A stretch of 64,000 nucleotides of DNA from Acidobacteriota bacterium (GTDB lineage Bacteria; Acidobacteriota; Vicinamibacteria; Vicinamibacterales; UBA2999): assembly GCA_040754955.1 (NCBI GenBank), contig JBFMCA010000004.1, positions 29,120-93,119 of the forward strand, read 5' to 3'. Below, in pieces: positions 28,846 to 38,116 of the stretch (its first letter is position 1; the number at the start of each line of letters is the position of its first letter). The position numbers and the translations under genes were made by a program. The notes beneath the pieces were generated by a model. It had not been told where the DNA came from. It was given only the letters and a program-made list of their open reading frames with translations, and ran no database searches.

Positions 28846-29101
28846 ACGACTTGTACCCACCCGGGCCTCACGCGCCTTGACGCCCCTGGTCCCTGCGATC
28901 ATCCAATTGACCGCCGCCCGCGACAGCCCGCCCTCGTCCAGCGCGGGAATCGTGGCGAACCCGACGGCGAAAGCCCTCTGGTAGCGGCGGAGAAACCGCT
29001 CGAAGAGCGGCCGCCCGCTCGTGGCTGGTCGGACCGCCTGGGACCGCCGTCCAGCATCGTCTTCGGGTCCAGCGACATGCCCGGCATCTCCGTCCCCTCC
29101 G

Positions 29102-30175
29102 TCAGCGGCCCGGCCCGAGCTCCGCCAGGAACCTCGCCAGATGCGCCTCCCACACCTCCGGCCGCGAGTGTGTACCGTGGCCCCGAGTAGCCTCCGAAAT
29201 GGGCAGCAGGACGAACCGGCCGCGCTTCACGCGCCGAATGAGCTGCTCCATCATGGGCAGCTCCGGCGGGTTCACGAAATCATCCGCCGAGTTGATGGCG
29301 AGGAGCGGCGCCGTGATGCGCGCCAGGTGCGGCGCCGGGTCGTAGTCCTCCGACGCGCGGAACTGGTAGATGGTGTCGTTCGCGTCGGTGGTTCTGAGCC
29401 GCGCCGCAATCTGCTCCGCCAGCCATGTGTCGGCCGCGGCGGCCGTCGGGAACTGGGCCTGCCACTGCAGCGGAACGCTCGTCGCCATCAGCAGAAAGCC
29501 CAGCGCGCTCGCCATGTTGCGCGGCGGCTCGGTGTACTCGCCGTTCTTCCACGTTGGATCCGTCACGATGGCATCCACCAGGAGCTTGCGCCACACGCGG
29601 TTGCGCCCGGCGATTTCGACGGGATTGCTGGCGAGAGGCACGAGCCCGTCCACGAAGTCGGGGTACATGTAGCCCCACATCCACGCGTGCATGGCTCCCA
29701 TCGACGTGCCCATCACCAGGTGCAGCCGGCCGAGACCCAGGCCTTCGGTGATCAGCCGGTGCTGCAGCCGGACCATGTCGGCGTAGCGGTACGCGGGGAA
29801 GCGCATCCGCAGGCCGTCGCTCGGCTTGCTCGACTGCCCGTGGCCGATGTTGTCGGGCAGGACGATGTAGTACTTCGACGCGTCCAGGAGCTGTCCCGGG
29901 CCGAACAGCCGGCCGGCGTAGGTCTCGGAGAGGAATCCCCGCCCGGATCCGCCCGTGCCGTGCAGGATCAGCACGGCGTTCCGTACCACGCCGTCGGCGC
30001 CCTTCCGCGGCGTACCGAGCGTCCGGTAGTGGATCGTCACCTCGGGCAGCGTCTGGCCGTCGGCGAACCGGACGTCGCGCGCGACGAAGTCGCCCTCGAC
30101 AGTCGCGACCGCCGTCTGCGCCCAGGCCGGCGCGGCGGAGACCGCCAGGAGAAGGACCAGTGAGCAGGCTCGCAT
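29102..30175 (-). CDS. Secreted alpha/beta hydrolase (MetX/homoserine-acetyltransferase-like fold)
   Basis: The ATG at 30175 gives MRACSLVLLLAVSAAPAWA (signal peptide). Also seen: ..AVLILHGTGGSG.., the nucleophile elbow GTSMGAM, and ..NSADDFVNPPE.. Confidence 0.75.
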   Translation of the reverse strand: MRACSLVLLLAVSAAPAWAQTAVATVEGDFVARDVRFADGQTLPEVTIHYRTLGTPRKGADGVVRNAVLILHGTGGSGRGFLSETYAGRLFGPGQLLDASKYYIVLPDNIGHGQSSKPSDGLRMRFPAYRYADMVRLQHRLITEGLGLGRLHLVMGTSMGAMHAWMWGYMYPDFVDGLVPLASNPVEIAGRNRVWRKLLVDAIVTDPTWKNGEYTEPPRNMASALGFLLMATSVPLQWQAQFPTAAAADTWLAEQIAARLRTTDANDTIYQFRASEDYDPAPHLARITAPLLAINSADDFVNPPELPMMEQLIRRVKRGRFVLLPISEATRGHGTHSRPEVWEAHLARFLAELGPGR

Positions 30176-30205
30176 GAGGAGCAGTATAGTGGCGTCACCG
30201 AACCG

Positions 30206-30823
30206 ATGAGGACCGATATGGACACACGCCACCTGTCTCCCGCGCTCCTGGTGCTGGCCCTGGCGGCCGCGGCGCCCTCGGCGGCGCAGCCGATTGCAGA
30301 GGCCACCTGCAAGGCCTGCCCGGCCAGCTACATCGGCGCCGAGGAAATCGAGGCGTACATCACGCGCGCCATTGCGACGAAGACCATCGATCAGCAGGTC
30401 CGCAACGTGGACGTCGGCAAGTCCAACGTGGCCGTGGCGCTCGTGCACCGCGGCCGGCTGACGACGCCGGGGGAGGTGGCCGAGCACGACCACGTAAGCG
30501 AGGTCTACCACGTCATCAGCGGCGCCGCGACGCTCGTGACCGGCCCGAATCTCGTCGGCGCCGAGCGCCGGCCGGCCACCAACACCAACGTGCGGCTGCT
30601 GAACGGTCCTGGCCACAACGCCAAGGCGATTCGGGACGGCGCGACGCATGAGCTGAAGGCGGGCGATGTCATCGTGATCCCGGCCGGCACCGGCCACTGG
30701 TTCACGCGCATCGACGACCACATCACCTACCTGATGATCCGCGTGGATCCCGACAAGGTGACGCCGCTCAAGGACGAGGCGGCGTCGCGCGCCGACCTGG
30801 CGGGCAGCAAGCCCGGCCAGTAG
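30206..30823 (+). CDS. Secreted cupin-domain protein
   Basis: A signal peptide followed by ..AEHDHVSEVYHVISGAATLVTG...HELKAGDVIVIPAGTGHWF (cupin motifs 1 and 2). Confidence 0.65.
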   Translation: MRTDMDTRHLSPALLVLALAAAAPSAAQPIAEATCKACPASYIGAEEIEAYITRAIATKTIDQQVRNVDVGKSNVAVALVHRGRLTTPGEVAEHDHVSEVYHVISGAATLVTGPNLVGAERRPATNTNVRLLNGPGHNAKAIRDGATHELKAGDVIVIPAGTGHWFTRIDDHITYLMIRVDPDKVTPLKDEAASRADLAGSKPGQ

Positions 30824-30867
30824 GTCCGCGCCGGCCGCCGCGGTTCGTCCGGCCGGCCGGACGCGGA

Positions 30868-31350
30868 TTGATCGACAATAGGCGCGTGAGCGCCGCGGGA
30901 CATCATCACGCCCTCGTGTCGCGGGTCATCCCGGGCACCCCTGAGGAGGTCTTCGGCGCCTGGGAAGACCCCGGGCGCCTGCGCGACTGGCTGGCCGGCG
31001 AGGGCGAGGTCTCGGTTGACTTCCGCCCCGGCGGCGCGTTCCGCATCGTCATGGTCATGTCGGGCCAGCGCCTCCTCTACGGCGGCACCTACCGCCGCAT
31101 CGAGCCGCCGCGCCTGCTCGCGTTCACCTGGCGGGTCGGCGAGGAAGACGTCGAGTCCATCGTGCGCGTCGAGCTGGAAGCCGCCGGCGAGCGGCGAACC
31201 AGGATGACCATCGTGCACGGCGATCTTGCCACGGCACGTCTGGCGTCGGACTACGAGCTGGCCTGGAACGGCTTCATCAACATCCTCGAGCACCAGATCG
31301 AGGCCATGATCGGCCTCGAACCGCCGGCGGGCGGGTCGACCCGCGCGTAG
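30868..31350 (+). CDS. SRPBCC/AHSA1-family (START-like) protein
   Basis: ..SRVIPGTPEEVFGAWEDPGRLRDWL..GGAFRIVM..GGTYRRIEPPRLLAFTW...MTIVH.. is the typical Aha1/BPI-like pattern. Start is TTG 30868 or GTG 30886. Confidence 0.7.
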   Translation: MIDNRRVSAAGHHHALVSRVIPGTPEEVFGAWEDPGRLRDWLAGEGEVSVDFRPGGAFRIVMVMSGQRLLYGGTYRRIEPPRLLAFTWRVGEEDVESIVRVELEAAGERRTRMTIVHGDLATARLASDYELAWNGFINILEHQIEAMIGLEPPAGGSTRA

Positions 31351-31587
31351 ATGGCGCCCACCCGACGCGCCACCGCGTGGCTGCTCCTCGCCTTTTCGCT
31401 CGTCATCGCCGGCGCGGGCGCGGCCTCGCTGACGCGCATGCTCCGCGAAGAGCGCGCCGCCCGCGTGGAGCGACCCATCCCGCCGCCCCGCGGCGCAGCA
31501 ACGACGGTCGCCGGCATGGCGATCGGCATCGGCCTGGCGGGCGCCATGGCCGGCGCGGCGCTGCTCATGACGTCGCGTCGCGGGTGA
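31351..31587 (+). CDS. Small hypothetical membrane protein (2 hydrophobic segments)
   Basis: The ATG directly follows the stop of the previous gene. The product has two hydrophobic stretches (WLLLAFSLVIAGAGAA and VAGMAIGIGLAGAMAGAALLM). I recognise no homology. Confidence 0.4.
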   Translation: MAPTRRATAWLLLAFSLVIAGAGAASLTRMLREERAARVERPIPPPRGAATTVAGMAIGIGLAGAMAGAALLMTSRRG

Positions 31588-31594
31588 CCCCCCG

Positions 31595-31822
31595 TCACAT
31601 GTCGCGCAGCGCCACGATGGGATCGACCCGGCTCGCCCGGCGCGCCGGCAGGTAGACCGCGGCGCAGCCTACCGCGACGAGCAGCGCGGGAACAGCCGCA
31701 AAGGTCACCGGGTCGAACGCGCTCACGTCATACAGGAGCCCCGTGATGAAGCTCGCGACCCCGGAGGCCGCTGCCAGGCCGGCGGCGCCTGCCGCCGCGC
31801 GGAGTCGCCCGGGCCGGCGCGC
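31595..31822 (-). pseudogene. Start-less relic of the C-terminus of an FtsX/MacB (ADOP-type) ABC permease
   Basis: Manual reverse translation gives ..AAGAAGLAAASGVASFITGLLYDVSAFDPVTFAAVPALLVAVGCAAVYLPARRASRVDPIVALRDM*. This is the last TM helix plus the conserved YxPARRAxxxDPxxALR tail of FtsX-domain permeases. There is no ATG, GTG or TTG in the 75 codons, and it begins directly after the TonB stop codon in the same frame. It is not in the ORF track. Confidence 0.7.
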
Positions 31823-32743
31823 TCAGCGGAGGGTAAAGGTGAGCTCGATGGTGACGATGACGGGGACGGGCTCGCCGTCCTTGGTGCCGGGAATGAACCG
31901 CCACTCCCGCGCCGCGCGCACGGCTTCCTGATCGAGGCCGAATACAGGATCGAGCGACCGCGTCACGCGCACGTCGCCGACCGTGCCGTCGGGGAGGACG
32001 ATGCACTCCACCCACACGGTGCCCTGCACCTTGGCGCGCATGGCGTCCGCGGTGTACTGCGGTTTCACTTCGCGCACCACGCGCGGCACGGTGATGCCCG
32101 CGCCCGGCCGATACGCGCCGCCGCCCGTGCCGCCGCCGAAGCCGGGCCCGAGCCCGGAACCCTGACCGGAGCCGATGCCAGTGCCGGTGCCCGTTCCCGC
32201 GCCGCCGCCAGTACCGGCGCCCTGCGAAATTGACGAGACGTTCGCGCTTTCGATGGCGCCCGGCAGGGTCACCTCGGCCGACGCAAGGGTGCGCGCCGGG
32301 ATGTTCAGCGCCTCGAGCGGCGGAATGTCCTCGACGTCCTTCGGGGGCGTAATCTCGGGCGGCCGCTCGACCGGAACCGTGATCTTCTCCTTGCCGGGGA
32401 GTTCCGCCGGCTTCGGCGGCTCGGGGTTCTCGTTGCCGCCGCCACCGCCACCGCCGCCCGGTCCGGGCTCGGCGAGCCAGATGATACCGTCGGGCGAGGG
32501 AGGCTGCTCGATCTCCGCACGGATGGGCTCGGGCGCGTACTTGAGCACCACCGCGATGATGAGCGCGACCGCCAGGTGCGAGCCGATGGACGCCAACACC
32601 CCGACACGCGACTGCCGCTGCTCGAAGAGGAAATGCACCTCGGCCGGATGCTCCGAGATCGCGAGCAACCCCCGTGAGGGCGCGTTCGCCGATGGCTCGT
32701 GGGGCGCTTCCTGCATCCGCCGGTTGTTGGAGGTCGCGTTCAT
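31823..32743 (-). CDS. Energy transducer TonB-family protein
   Basis: An N-terminal TM helix (VGVLASIGSHLAVALIIAVVL), Pro/Gly-rich linkers, and the C-terminal TonB domain ..PQYTADAMRAKVQGTVWVECIVLPDGTVGDVRVTRSLDPVFGLDQEAVRAAREWRFIPGTKDGEPVPVIVTIELTFTL. The start is uncertain (32743 or 32716). Confidence 0.85.
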   Translation of the reverse strand: MNATSNNRRMQEAPHEPSANAPSRGLLAISEHPAEVHFLFEQRQSRVGVLASIGSHLAVALIIAVVLKYAPEPIRAEIEQPPSPDGIIWLAEPGPGGGGGGGGNENPEPPKPAELPGKEKITVPVERPPEITPPKDVEDIPPLEALNIPARTLASAEVTLPGAIESANVSSISQGAGTGGGAGTGTGTGIGSGQGSGLGPGFGGGTGGGAYRPGAGITVPRVVREVKPQYTADAMRAKVQGTVWVECIVLPDGTVGDVRVTRSLDPVFGLDQEAVRAAREWRFIPGTKDGEPVPVIVTIELTFTLR

Positions 32744-32862
32744 TCTGACCGACACCCTGAGAGCTGACAAGAGCAAAACACGGGCCAAGCGCCGCCGATA
32801 CACCTCCAGTGGACCAGCTCCCTCCTTTAGACGCCCGTCGGCCCCCGCCGGCTACAGCGGTG

Positions 32863-33723
32863 TCACCTGGTAGTGTACCCCCCGCGGGCTCGGACCCGCA
32901 CCCCGTCGCGGGCCACCCGCACCTCGATGCTCCGCCACTCCGGCTCGGTACCCCAGGGTCGGCTCGGCGCGTACCCCAGCAGGTACTGCGCCCCGAGATC
33001 CTCGGCAATCCCGGCCAGCGTCGGCGCCAGGTGGCGCATCTCGCGCAGGTGATACCAGCGGCCACCGCTCGCCGCGGCGAGCTCGGCGAAGAGCGCCGGC
33101 CGCCTCGGGCCGAGCGCCACCGGGTAGATCATCACGTCGCTCCGCCGCGCGCGCGCCAGCACGTCAGCCGCCGTCGCGCGGCTGTAGCGGTCCTCCCCGT
33201 CCGAGAGCAGCACGATGGCGCGGCGCCCGCCCTCCGACTCGAGGAGGTCGAGGGCCTCGATGGCCGCGTCGTGCAGCGAGGTCGTCCCGAAGGCGTCGAG
33301 CGCGGCGATGGCGCGCTCCGCGCCGGACCGATCCTCGGCCATGGCCGCGAGCACCTCGACCTGGCTCCCGATACCGATGACCATCACCCGGTCGTCGGGG
33401 TCCAGGGCCCGCACGAACACCCGGCCGGCGGTCCGCGCGACGGCGAGCCGCGCGCCCCGCATGCTCACGCTGCGGTCGATGGCCAGGGCGACGGAGGCCG
33501 GCACGTCGCCAGCCTGGAACACGGTCAGGCGCTGCGGCTCGCCGTCGTCGAGCACGGTGAAGTCGGCGACGGTCAAGTCCCGCAGGGGGCGTCCGTCCGT
33601 ATCGGTGACGCTCGCGTAGACTTCGACCTGCGACACCGAGGCACGGAACTGGGCCCGCAGACCCACGGCCGAGGTGGTCGTGGAAAGTGCTAGAATCGCT
33701 GCCAGGGCCGTCACCGGCGGCAT
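32863..33723 (-). CDS. Exported von Willebrand factor A (VWA) domain protein
   Basis: This is only the C-terminal part of the 1026-aa track ORF. It has a signal peptide MPPVTALAAILALSTTTSA and ..ASVALAIDRSVSMRG (MIDAS DxSxS) ..GTTSLHDA..VLLSDGEDR.. Alternative ATG at 33738. Confidence 0.75.
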   Translation of the reverse strand: MPPVTALAAILALSTTTSAVGLRAQFRASVSQVEVYASVTDTDGRPLRDLTVADFTVLDDGEPQRLTVFQAGDVPASVALAIDRSVSMRGARLAVARTAGRVFVRALDPDDRVMVIGIGSQVEVLAAMAEDRSGAERAIAALDAFGTTSLHDAAIEALDLLESEGGRRAIVLLSDGEDRYSRATAADVLARARRSDVMIYPVALGPRRPALFAELAAASGGRWYHLREMRHLAPTLAGIAEDLGAQYLLGYAPSRPWGTEPEWRSIEVRVARDGVRVRARGGYTTR

Positions 33724-33736
33724 CAAGGAGTACAAC

Positions 33737-33910
33737 ATGGGGTTTCTCGCGCTCTTCGGGCCCATCGGGCTGCCGGAGATGCTCATCATTCTGGCCATCA
33801 TCCTGCTCGTGTTCGGCGCGAGCCGGCTGCCGGAGATTGGCAAGGGCATCGGCATGGGCATCAAGAACTTCAAGTCGTCGATCAAAGAGGGGACCGACGA
33901 GCACAAGTAG
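33737..33910 (+). CDS. tatA: Twin-arginine translocase subunit TatA/E
   Basis: The SD AAGGAG (33725-33730) lies 6 nt before the ATG at 33737. Product: MGFLALFGPIGLPEMLIILAIILLVFGASRLPEIGKGIGMGIKNFKSSIKEG. Confidence 0.92.
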   Translation: MGFLALFGPIGLPEMLIILAIILLVFGASRLPEIGKGIGMGIKNFKSSIKEGTDEHK

Positions 33911-33920
33911 CCAGCCCCGC

Positions 33921-35831
33921 CTACAGAATCATCCTCGCCTCCCCGACCCGGCGCGTCACGCGCTCGCGGTCGAGCCATTCGAGCAGCGGAATCGCGTACT
34001 TGCGGGTCACCCCGTAGCGTTCCTTGAACATGGCCACGTCCACCGTGGCCTTCGTCTGGCCCTGCTTCAGCGACTGCAGGTCGGCCTTGAGCGACGCCAG
34101 GGCCTCGGCGTGGAATGTCAGCGTGTCGAGGCGCACGAGCGTCTTCTGGCGGATCAGCAGGGCTGTCATCCGCTCGGCCACCGCGGGCGGCACGCCGGCC
34201 TCGGCGGCGACGGTCGCGGCGTCCGGCGGGCGCAGCCCGGCGCGGCGATAGGCCGCCTCCACGCCTCCGCGCGCGGCTTCTTCCTCGGGCGACAAGGCTA
34301 GCTGGTGCCCTGCCAGCGCCAGGCGGTCGCGCGCCACCAGCTTGCGGGCGGCGACCAGCTGCTGCACTGCCGCATCGAACACCGCCGCGTCGGCCCGCGC
34401 GAAGACGCGGGCCCGTGCTTCCTCGCGCGGCAGGCCGGGGTCGAGGGGATGCGCGCGGTGATGATCTCCGACCGCAGCCAGCAGAGCGTTCGCGGCCGCA
34501 TCGAGCGCCTCTCGCCACACGAGGCGCGGCCCGGCCACGCTGATGTGGTTGTCGCGGGTGAGCGCCGCTTCCACCGCGTCGGCGTCGGCGGGCGCCACGC
34601 CGGCGCGGGCGACGAGCGCCGTGCGGTCGAGCCCGGTCAAGCCGGCCTCGCGCACCATCTGCCTGAGCGCGTCCATGTCCCCGATGCCGCTCTGCGCCGC
34701 CGGCGCCAGCGCCGCGAACCGCGCGAGCGCCGCCTCGGTTCGAATCGCGCCGCGCGGCGGGGCAGGGTCCACGACCTGCCCCCCGCCCACCGTGCGGGGC
34801 GGTGAATAGGCCCTGAGGATCAGGCGATCCCCACGCGTCACCACCGCCGGCGCCTCGAGCCGGAGCCGCACGGGCGCGGTAGCCCCCGGCGGCAGCTCCG
34901 GCCGCGGCGGGCCGGCCAGCGAGACGCGCGCGAGCACCTCGCTCGTGCCCTGATGCACGCGCACGCGCGCGCCGTGCTTGAGGGGACGGGCGTCGGCGAG
35001 CAGTTCGAGGACGGCGTCCAGACGGCGCGTCACCACGAACGCGTCTGGGGTCACCAGTGTCTGGCCCCGGTGCACCTCGGCGATCTCGACGCCGCCGAGG
35101 TTCACGGCCACTCGCTGTCCCGCGACGGCGGTCGCCTCGCGGCGGCCGTGCACCTGCAGCCCGCGCACGCGCGCGCGCCGGCCGCCCGGCTCGATGGCCA
35201 GTTCCTGCTCCACGTCGAGACGGCCGGACACGAGCGTGCCGGTCACGACGGTACCGAAGCCCGCCATCGTGAACACGCGATCGATCGGCAGCCGCGCCGG
35301 CCCGGTGGCGGGTCGGTCCTCGCCGGCTGCCGCCAGATCGGCCAGCGTGTGGCGCAGGGCGTCGAGGCCCAGTCCGGTCCGCGCCGACACCGGCAGCACC
35401 GGCGCGCCTTCGAGAAACGACCCCTGCACCAGATCGGCGACCTCCAGCCCGACGAGTGCGAGGGTATCGTCGTCCACGAGGTCGGCCTTGGTGATGGCCA
35501 CGAGGCCGCGCCGGACGCGCAGCAGCCGGCAGATGTCGAAGTGCTCGCGCGTCTGCGGCATGACCGACTCGTCGGCGGCCACGACGAGGAGCACGGCGTC
35601 GATGCCCCCGACGCCCGCGAGCATCGTCCGGACGAACCGCTCGTGGCCCGGCACGTCCACGAACGCCACGGTGGCGTCGCCCACGCGGGCGTGCGCGAAG
35701 CCGAGCTCGATAGTGATGCCCCGCGCCTTCTCTTCCTTCAGGCGATCGGGGTCCGTGCCGGTCAGGGCGAGGACCAGCGAGCTCTTTCCGTGGTCGATGT
35801 GCCCGGCCGTGCCGACGACGAGGTGCGTCAT
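33921..35831 (-). CDS. selB: Selenocysteine-specific translation elongation factor SelB
   Basis: The ATG at 35831 gives [51 protein letters not shown] (G1-G4). The protein is about 636 aa, with a C-terminal winged-helix mRNA-binding region ..[33 protein letters not shown], which distinguishes SelB from EF-Tu. Confidence 0.9.
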   Translation of the reverse strand: MTHLVVGTAGHIDHGKSSLVLALTGTDPDRLKEEKARGITIELGFAHARVGDATVAFVDVPGHERFVRTMLAGVGGIDAVLLVVAADESVMPQTREHFDICRLLRVRRGLVAITKADLVDDDTLALVGLEVADLVQGSFLEGAPVLPVSARTGLGLDALRHTLADLAAAGEDRPATGPARLPIDRVFTMAGFGTVVTGTLVSGRLDVEQELAIEPGGRRARVRGLQVHGRREATAVAGQRVAVNLGGVEIAEVHRGQTLVTPDAFVVTRRLDAVLELLADARPLKHGARVRVHQGTSEVLARVSLAGPPRPELPPGATAPVRLRLEAPAVVTRGDRLILRAYSPPRTVGGGQVVDPAPPRGAIRTEAALARFAALAPAAQSGIGDMDALRQMVREAGLTGLDRTALVARAGVAPADADAVEAALTRDNHISVAGPRLVWREALDAAANALLAAVGDHHRAHPLDPGLPREEARARVFARADAAVFDAAVQQLVAARKLVARDRLALAGHQLALSPEEEAARGGVEAAYRRAGLRPPDAATVAAEAGVPPAVAERMTALLIRQKTLVRLDTLTFHAEALASLKADLQSLKQGQTKATVDVAMFKERYGVTRKYAIPLLEWLDRERVTRRVGEARMIL

Positions 35832-38107
35832 CGCCGCTTCTGCGCGCGCTCGCGCCGCCCGGGCCGCGGCCGTCGGCGCCGCCGCTCCTCGGGGGTGCCC
35901 GTGCGCCGCTCCTTCTTGGGCCGCGCCGCGCGGCGCGCCGCACCGCGCGCGCTCTCCGTGCGCCGCACCGCCTCGAGCACGTCGTCGAGCCCGAAATCGA
36001 TCTGGCGCCGGGTCATGTCGACGCGCACGACCTGGACCCGCACCTTGTCGCCCAGCCGGTACCGCTTGCGCGTGCTCTCGCCGACGAGCGTATGCGCCAG
36101 CTCGTTGTAGCGGTAGTAGTCGTCCGCCATCGTCGACACGTGGACCAGACCCTCCACGTAGTGGTCGACGAGCTCGACGAACAGGCCGAAGGGCGCGACG
36201 CCCGTGACGTATCCCTCGAAGACGTCGCCGACCTTGTCGGCCATGAAGCGCACCTTCTTCCACTGCAGCAGCTCGCGTTCGGCCTCGTTCGCGCGCCGCT
36301 CGCGCTCCGAGGTGTGCCGGGCCACCTCAGGCAACAGATCGTCCAGCTCCTCGCGCCGATCGTCGGAAACGCGGGTCGTTCGCAGCTCCCGGAGCACGCG
36401 GTGGACGACGAGGTCCGGGTACCGACGGATCGGCGAGGTGAAGTGCGTGTAGGTCGGTGCGGCGAGGCCGAAGTGCCCGAGATTCACCGAGTCGTACCGG
36501 GCCTTCTGCATGGTGCGGAGCATCAAGAACGCGATGGGCTTCTCCTCGGGGGTCCCGCGAATCTTCTCGACCAGGCGCTGGAAGTCGGCGGGCCGCACGC
36601 CGTCGGGCGGCGCCGCCAGGCTGAACCCCAGCGACGAGACGAACTCGTCGAACTCCTGCACCTTCAGCGGATCGGGCGGTTCGTGGATCCGGTACAGGGC
36701 CGGCATCCGGTGCGTCTCGAGGTGCCCGGCCACCGTCTCGTTCGCGAGGAGCATGAACTCCTCGATCAGCCGGTGCGCGACGTTCCGCTCCGAGGCCACG
36801 ATGTCGGCGATGAAGCCCTCGGTGTCGAGGACGATCTCGGGCTCCGGCAGATCGAAGTCGATGGACCCCCGCCGGCGGCGGCGCCGGTTGAGGATCTCGA
36901 ACAGCTCGTGCATGAGGCGGAACGTCGGCACGAGATCTCGATACCGCTCGGTCGTCTCCAGATCGCCCTCGGCGAGAATCGCATTCACCGCCGTGTACGT
37001 CAGACGCTCGGTGCTGCGGATCACCCCGTCGTGCAGCTCGTAGCGGACCACCGCGCCCTGGCCGTTCACCTCCATCAGGCACGACTGAACCAGCCGGTCG
37101 ACATGCGGCCGGAGGCTGCAGAGCCCCGTCGCCAGGGCCTCCGGGAACATGTGCACCGCGCGTTCGGGGAAGTACACCGAGGTCCCGCGCGCGTAGCCGT
37201 CCCGGTCGAGTGCGCTCCCCTCCCGCACGTAGTGGGCCACGTCGGCAATGTGCACGCCCAGCCAGTAGTGGCCGTTCTCGAGGCGCGCGATCGAGATCGC
37301 ATCGTCGAAATCGCGCGCGTGCTCGCCGTCGATGGTGACCACGATGCGGTCACGGAAGTCGGTGCGCCCCTTGAGGTCGCGTTCGCGTACCTCACCCCCG
37401 AGCCGCGACGCCTCCTCGACGGCGTCCGGGTCGTGCTCGTCCGCGATGTCGTACTTGCGGAGGATGATCTCGGTGTCGACGCCGGGGTCGTCGATGTCGC
37501 CCAGCACCTCCGTCACGCGGCCCGCCGGCCCCCGCGTCGGCGTCGGCCAGCGTGTGATCTCGACCGTCACCATCTCGCCGGGCGCGGCGCCGCCGGTGTC
37601 CGCCCGCGCCACCTGCACGTCCGCCGTCATCCGGCGGTCGAACGGCACGACGTAACCCAGGCCGGCCGCGTCCACGTCGTAGCGGCCCACGATGGTGCGG
37701 CCACGACGCTCGAGGATCTGGACAATGCGGCCCTCGGCCCGTCCGTCGGGCTTGTGCCGCTCGACGCGGACGACGACGCGGTCGCCGTGCAGCGCTTCGC
37801 TCAGGTTGTGCGCGGCGACGTAGACGTCGCCGGTGAGGCCCTCGACCCGGCGTTCGGGCACCACGAAGCCGAACCCCGACGCGTGTCCCTCGAGGCGCCC
37901 GACGATGAGGTCCATGCGATCGGGCAGGCCGTACCGGTTGCCGCGCACCAGCACGAGCGAGCCGTCGGCGACCAGATCGCGCAGCGTCCGCTTGAAGGCA
38001 TGGCGTTCGCCGGCGTCGATGCGCAGGATGCGCATCAGCTCGCGCGCGGTGGCCGGGTGGTGGACCCGGTCGCGCATGCGGTGCAGCAGGTCGTCACGCG
38101 CGCTCAT
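35828..38107 (-). CDS. rnr: Ribonuclease R
   Basis: 759 aa with cold-shock/OB N-terminal domains, the RNB catalytic region (..[17 protein letters not shown]..), an S1 domain ([18 protein letters not shown]) and a basic K/R tail. Its stop overlaps the selB ATG (ATGA). Confidence 0.93.
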   Translation of the reverse strand: MSARDDLLHRMRDRVHHPATARELMRILRIDAGERHAFKRTLRDLVADGSLVLVRGNRYGLPDRMDLIVGRLEGHASGFGFVVPERRVEGLTGDVYVAAHNLSEALHGDRVVVRVERHKPDGRAEGRIVQILERRGRTIVGRYDVDAAGLGYVVPFDRRMTADVQVARADTGGAAPGEMVTVEITRWPTPTRGPAGRVTEVLGDIDDPGVDTEIILRKYDIADEHDPDAVEEASRLGGEVRERDLKGRTDFRDRIVVTIDGEHARDFDDAISIARLENGHYWLGVHIADVAHYVREGSALDRDGYARGTSVYFPERAVHMFPEALATGLCSLRPHVDRLVQSCLMEVNGQGAVVRYELHDGVIRSTERLTYTAVNAILAEGDLETTERYRDLVPTFRLMHELFEILNRRRRRRGSIDFDLPEPEIVLDTEGFIADIVASERNVAHRLIEEFMLLANETVAGHLETHRMPALYRIHEPPDPLKVQEFDEFVSSLGFSLAAPPDGVRPADFQRLVEKIRGTPEEKPIAFLMLRTMQKARYDSVNLGHFGLAAPTYTHFTSPIRRYPDLVVHRVLRELRTTRVSDDRREELDDLLPEVARHTSERERRANEAERELLQWKKVRFMADKVGDVFEGYVTGVAPFGLFVELVDHYVEGLVHVSTMADDYYRYNELAHTLVGESTRKRYRLGDKVRVQVVRVDMTRRQIDFGLDDVLEAVRRTESARGAARRAARPKKERRTGTPEERRRRRPRPGRRERAQKRR

Positions 38108-38116
38108 TCGGATCCA

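Noticed and set aside
28846-29101. The spacer between the alpha/beta hydrolase and the NHL-protein gene has coding-like codon bias on the minus strand (..RPLFERFLRRYQRAFAVGFATIPALDEGGLSRAAVNW..), in frame with the NHL ORF.
   Set aside because: The stretch has no usable start codon. The NHL protein has a clear signal peptide beginning at the ATG at 28845. I recognise no family in the stretch. It could be a gene remnant, but the evidence is too thin to call.
31823-31825. Considered whether the TonB TGA could be a selenocysteine or read-through codon, because the permease-like sequence continues in frame.
   Set aside because: The TonB C-terminal domain ends at its normal position (..VIVTIELTFTLR). 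The downstream peptide belongs to an unrelated family. I saw no SECIS-like hairpin at the required spacing. A deletion scar explains the arrangement better.
32863-35943. A 1026-aa minus-strand ORF that appears to fuse the VWA protein to a long N-terminal region.
   Set aside because: Only the last roughly 287-291 aa (from ATG 33723/33738) look like a real protein (signal peptide plus VWA MIDAS motif). The upstream part is Arg/Gly/Ala-rich and overlaps tatA and selB, both of which are strongly supported in other frames or on the other strand.
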